A stretch of 63,603 bases of DNA, counting the filler, from Reticulomyxa filosa (taxonomy: Eukaryota > Protista > Foraminifera), in assembly GCA_000512085.1 (NCBI GenBank). It is 18 parts of 18 records of this genome, joined end to end, with 100 filler letters (N's around TTAATTAATTAA, not from the genome) between each part and the next. Parts side by side here need not be neighbours in the genome. Positions count along the whole stretch, not along the records: positions 62,283 to 63,603 come from ASPP01002875.1; 17 more parts are not named here. One strand, given 5' to 3'. Numbering within the stretch: the first letter of the stretch is position 1; each line of letters starts with the position of its first letter. The notes beneath the pieces are model-generated. The model did no database searches, was not told the DNA's origin, and saw only the letters and a list, made by a program, of their open reading frames with translations. This document shows, piece by piece, positions 62,283-63,603 of the stretch. The position numbers and the translations under genes were made by a program.

Positions 62283-63603
62283 TTGAAGGCGAAGAAAAAA
62301 AGTTGGAAAATCAAATAGAAACGTTTCTCTTTCTGGATGCTTCAAGAAAGAGTGGCTTTCGTTGACCAACAAACCACAGAAATTGAACACGTTAATTTGC
62401 TGCATTTGTAATCAAATTGCAAACAATGCAATGGAACTGCATTGTGATGAACATGAAAATGCAGATCAAGTTTATGTGGTTGGAGAACAATGCTTACAAA
62501 ATTATTTGAAACAGAATAATGGAAAATGTCCAATTCAACAACATCAACATTGCGAATTTTCGCAAAATAAAATTGTGAAAAAATCTGTGTCTAAGTTATT
62601 GGCAATTTGTCCTCGACAATTTAGTTTGAATAAAAAACAATCAAATGAAGGAACAAAATTTGGAGGAGATGAAGAATATTGGAATGAATCAAATTTAAAT
62701 TTAAATTTAAATTCAAATTCAAAAAAGAATTGCAATTGCAATTATAAAGGAAAAATGAAAGATTTGAAAGATCATTTGGATAAGTCATGCAATTTCATTT
62801 CAATCAAACAAAATATTTCATATGAAACTGTAAATGAATTAAATGTGATGAGTGGACAAATTAAAGAATTACAGAATGCAGTCAAATCACAAACAGTTTT
62901 GCTATTCTATTTTTGTGTTTGCTTGCTTAAATAAATAATGGAAAAAAGATAAACAAATAAAAAAAAAGGAGCAGGTTGAGAATTTAAAAACAGAGTCATT
63001 GAAGAAAGATGAACAAATATTTGGATTAACAAAAGATATCCAACAATTCAAAATAGAGATTGTCAATTTAAAAAAACAACAAAATGAGCAAAATAAACAA
63101 ATTGACAATTTAAAATATGAATTACAAGAAAAAGGTCAAATCATAACTGCATTAACAAACAGCATTCAACAATTAAAAACAGATAATACTGAATTCAAAA
63201 AACAATTGAAACAGTATCAAATCAAATTTGATCAATACAAACAAAACATAACTAAAGTAGAAAATCAAAATACAAATATTCAACAACTTCAACTTCAAAT
63301 TAAAACACAATCTAAAGAAGAACAAAAAAATGAACAAAGGACAACAAGAACAAGAACAAGAAAAACAACGACTACAACAATTGTGAGAATATGTTGTCAT
63401 TCATTCAAAGTTCGAATTTGAAAAATGGAGTTGATTTTTTATTGGTCACTGAAAATCAACAAACAATACATTTAAAAAACAATACATGGAATATTTATAA
63501 ATTTGGAATATTTTTACTTGGAAAAAATATCACTTTAACTCTTAATTGTAACAGAGAGAAATTCAAAGAAGAACTTGGACATCTAAAAATTAAAACAAGT
63601 CAT
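62283..63603 (+). CDS. Atypical RING plus TRAF-type zinc finger and coiled-coil protein (partial)
   Basis: LICCICNQIA...LHCDEH...GEQCL...KCPI; ICPRQF...CNYKGK..DL.DHL..SC; then a Q/K/E coiled coil. Confidence 0.75.

Overview
This window is not one locus. It holds 18 short contigs joined by 17 artificial 100-nt linkers (N-run/TTAATTAATTAA/N-run), so adjacency across linkers means nothing. Seventeen contigs are AT-rich, mostly intron-rich eukaryotic DNA. Their gene families (expanded WD40 proteins, NACHT-type/pentapeptide/WD40, PUB-like, RING/TRAF-like coiled-coil, RNF213-like, 7TM) suggest a foraminiferan such as Reticulomyxa filosa (inference, not verified). One contig (59364-60748) is GC-rich bacterial DNA. 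Recognisable genes: Tpt1/TRPT1, a DHRS7-like SDR, acyl-protein thioesterase, VPS45, a cationic amino-acid transporter, a Gfo/Idh/MocA oxidoreductase, GAS8/DRC4, a class-III aminotransferase, IscA/ISCA2 (missed by the ORF track), a Cys-less pentameric ion channel and a DEP/EF-hand protein, plus Tc1 and non-LTR retroelement relics. Main unexplained signals: (1) a non-coding dual-motif array at 7397-7798 whose units fold into covarying hairpins with a constant G/RAG internal loop, with a related motif closing a structured domain on another contig (~31000-31225); (2) a ubiquitin-like domain ending LKGG fused to the flagellar protein GAS8; (3) introns with U-rich 5' parts and A-runs before the AG, one containing a perfect 82-bp palindrome. 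All calls are by eye; no searches or folding programs were run.
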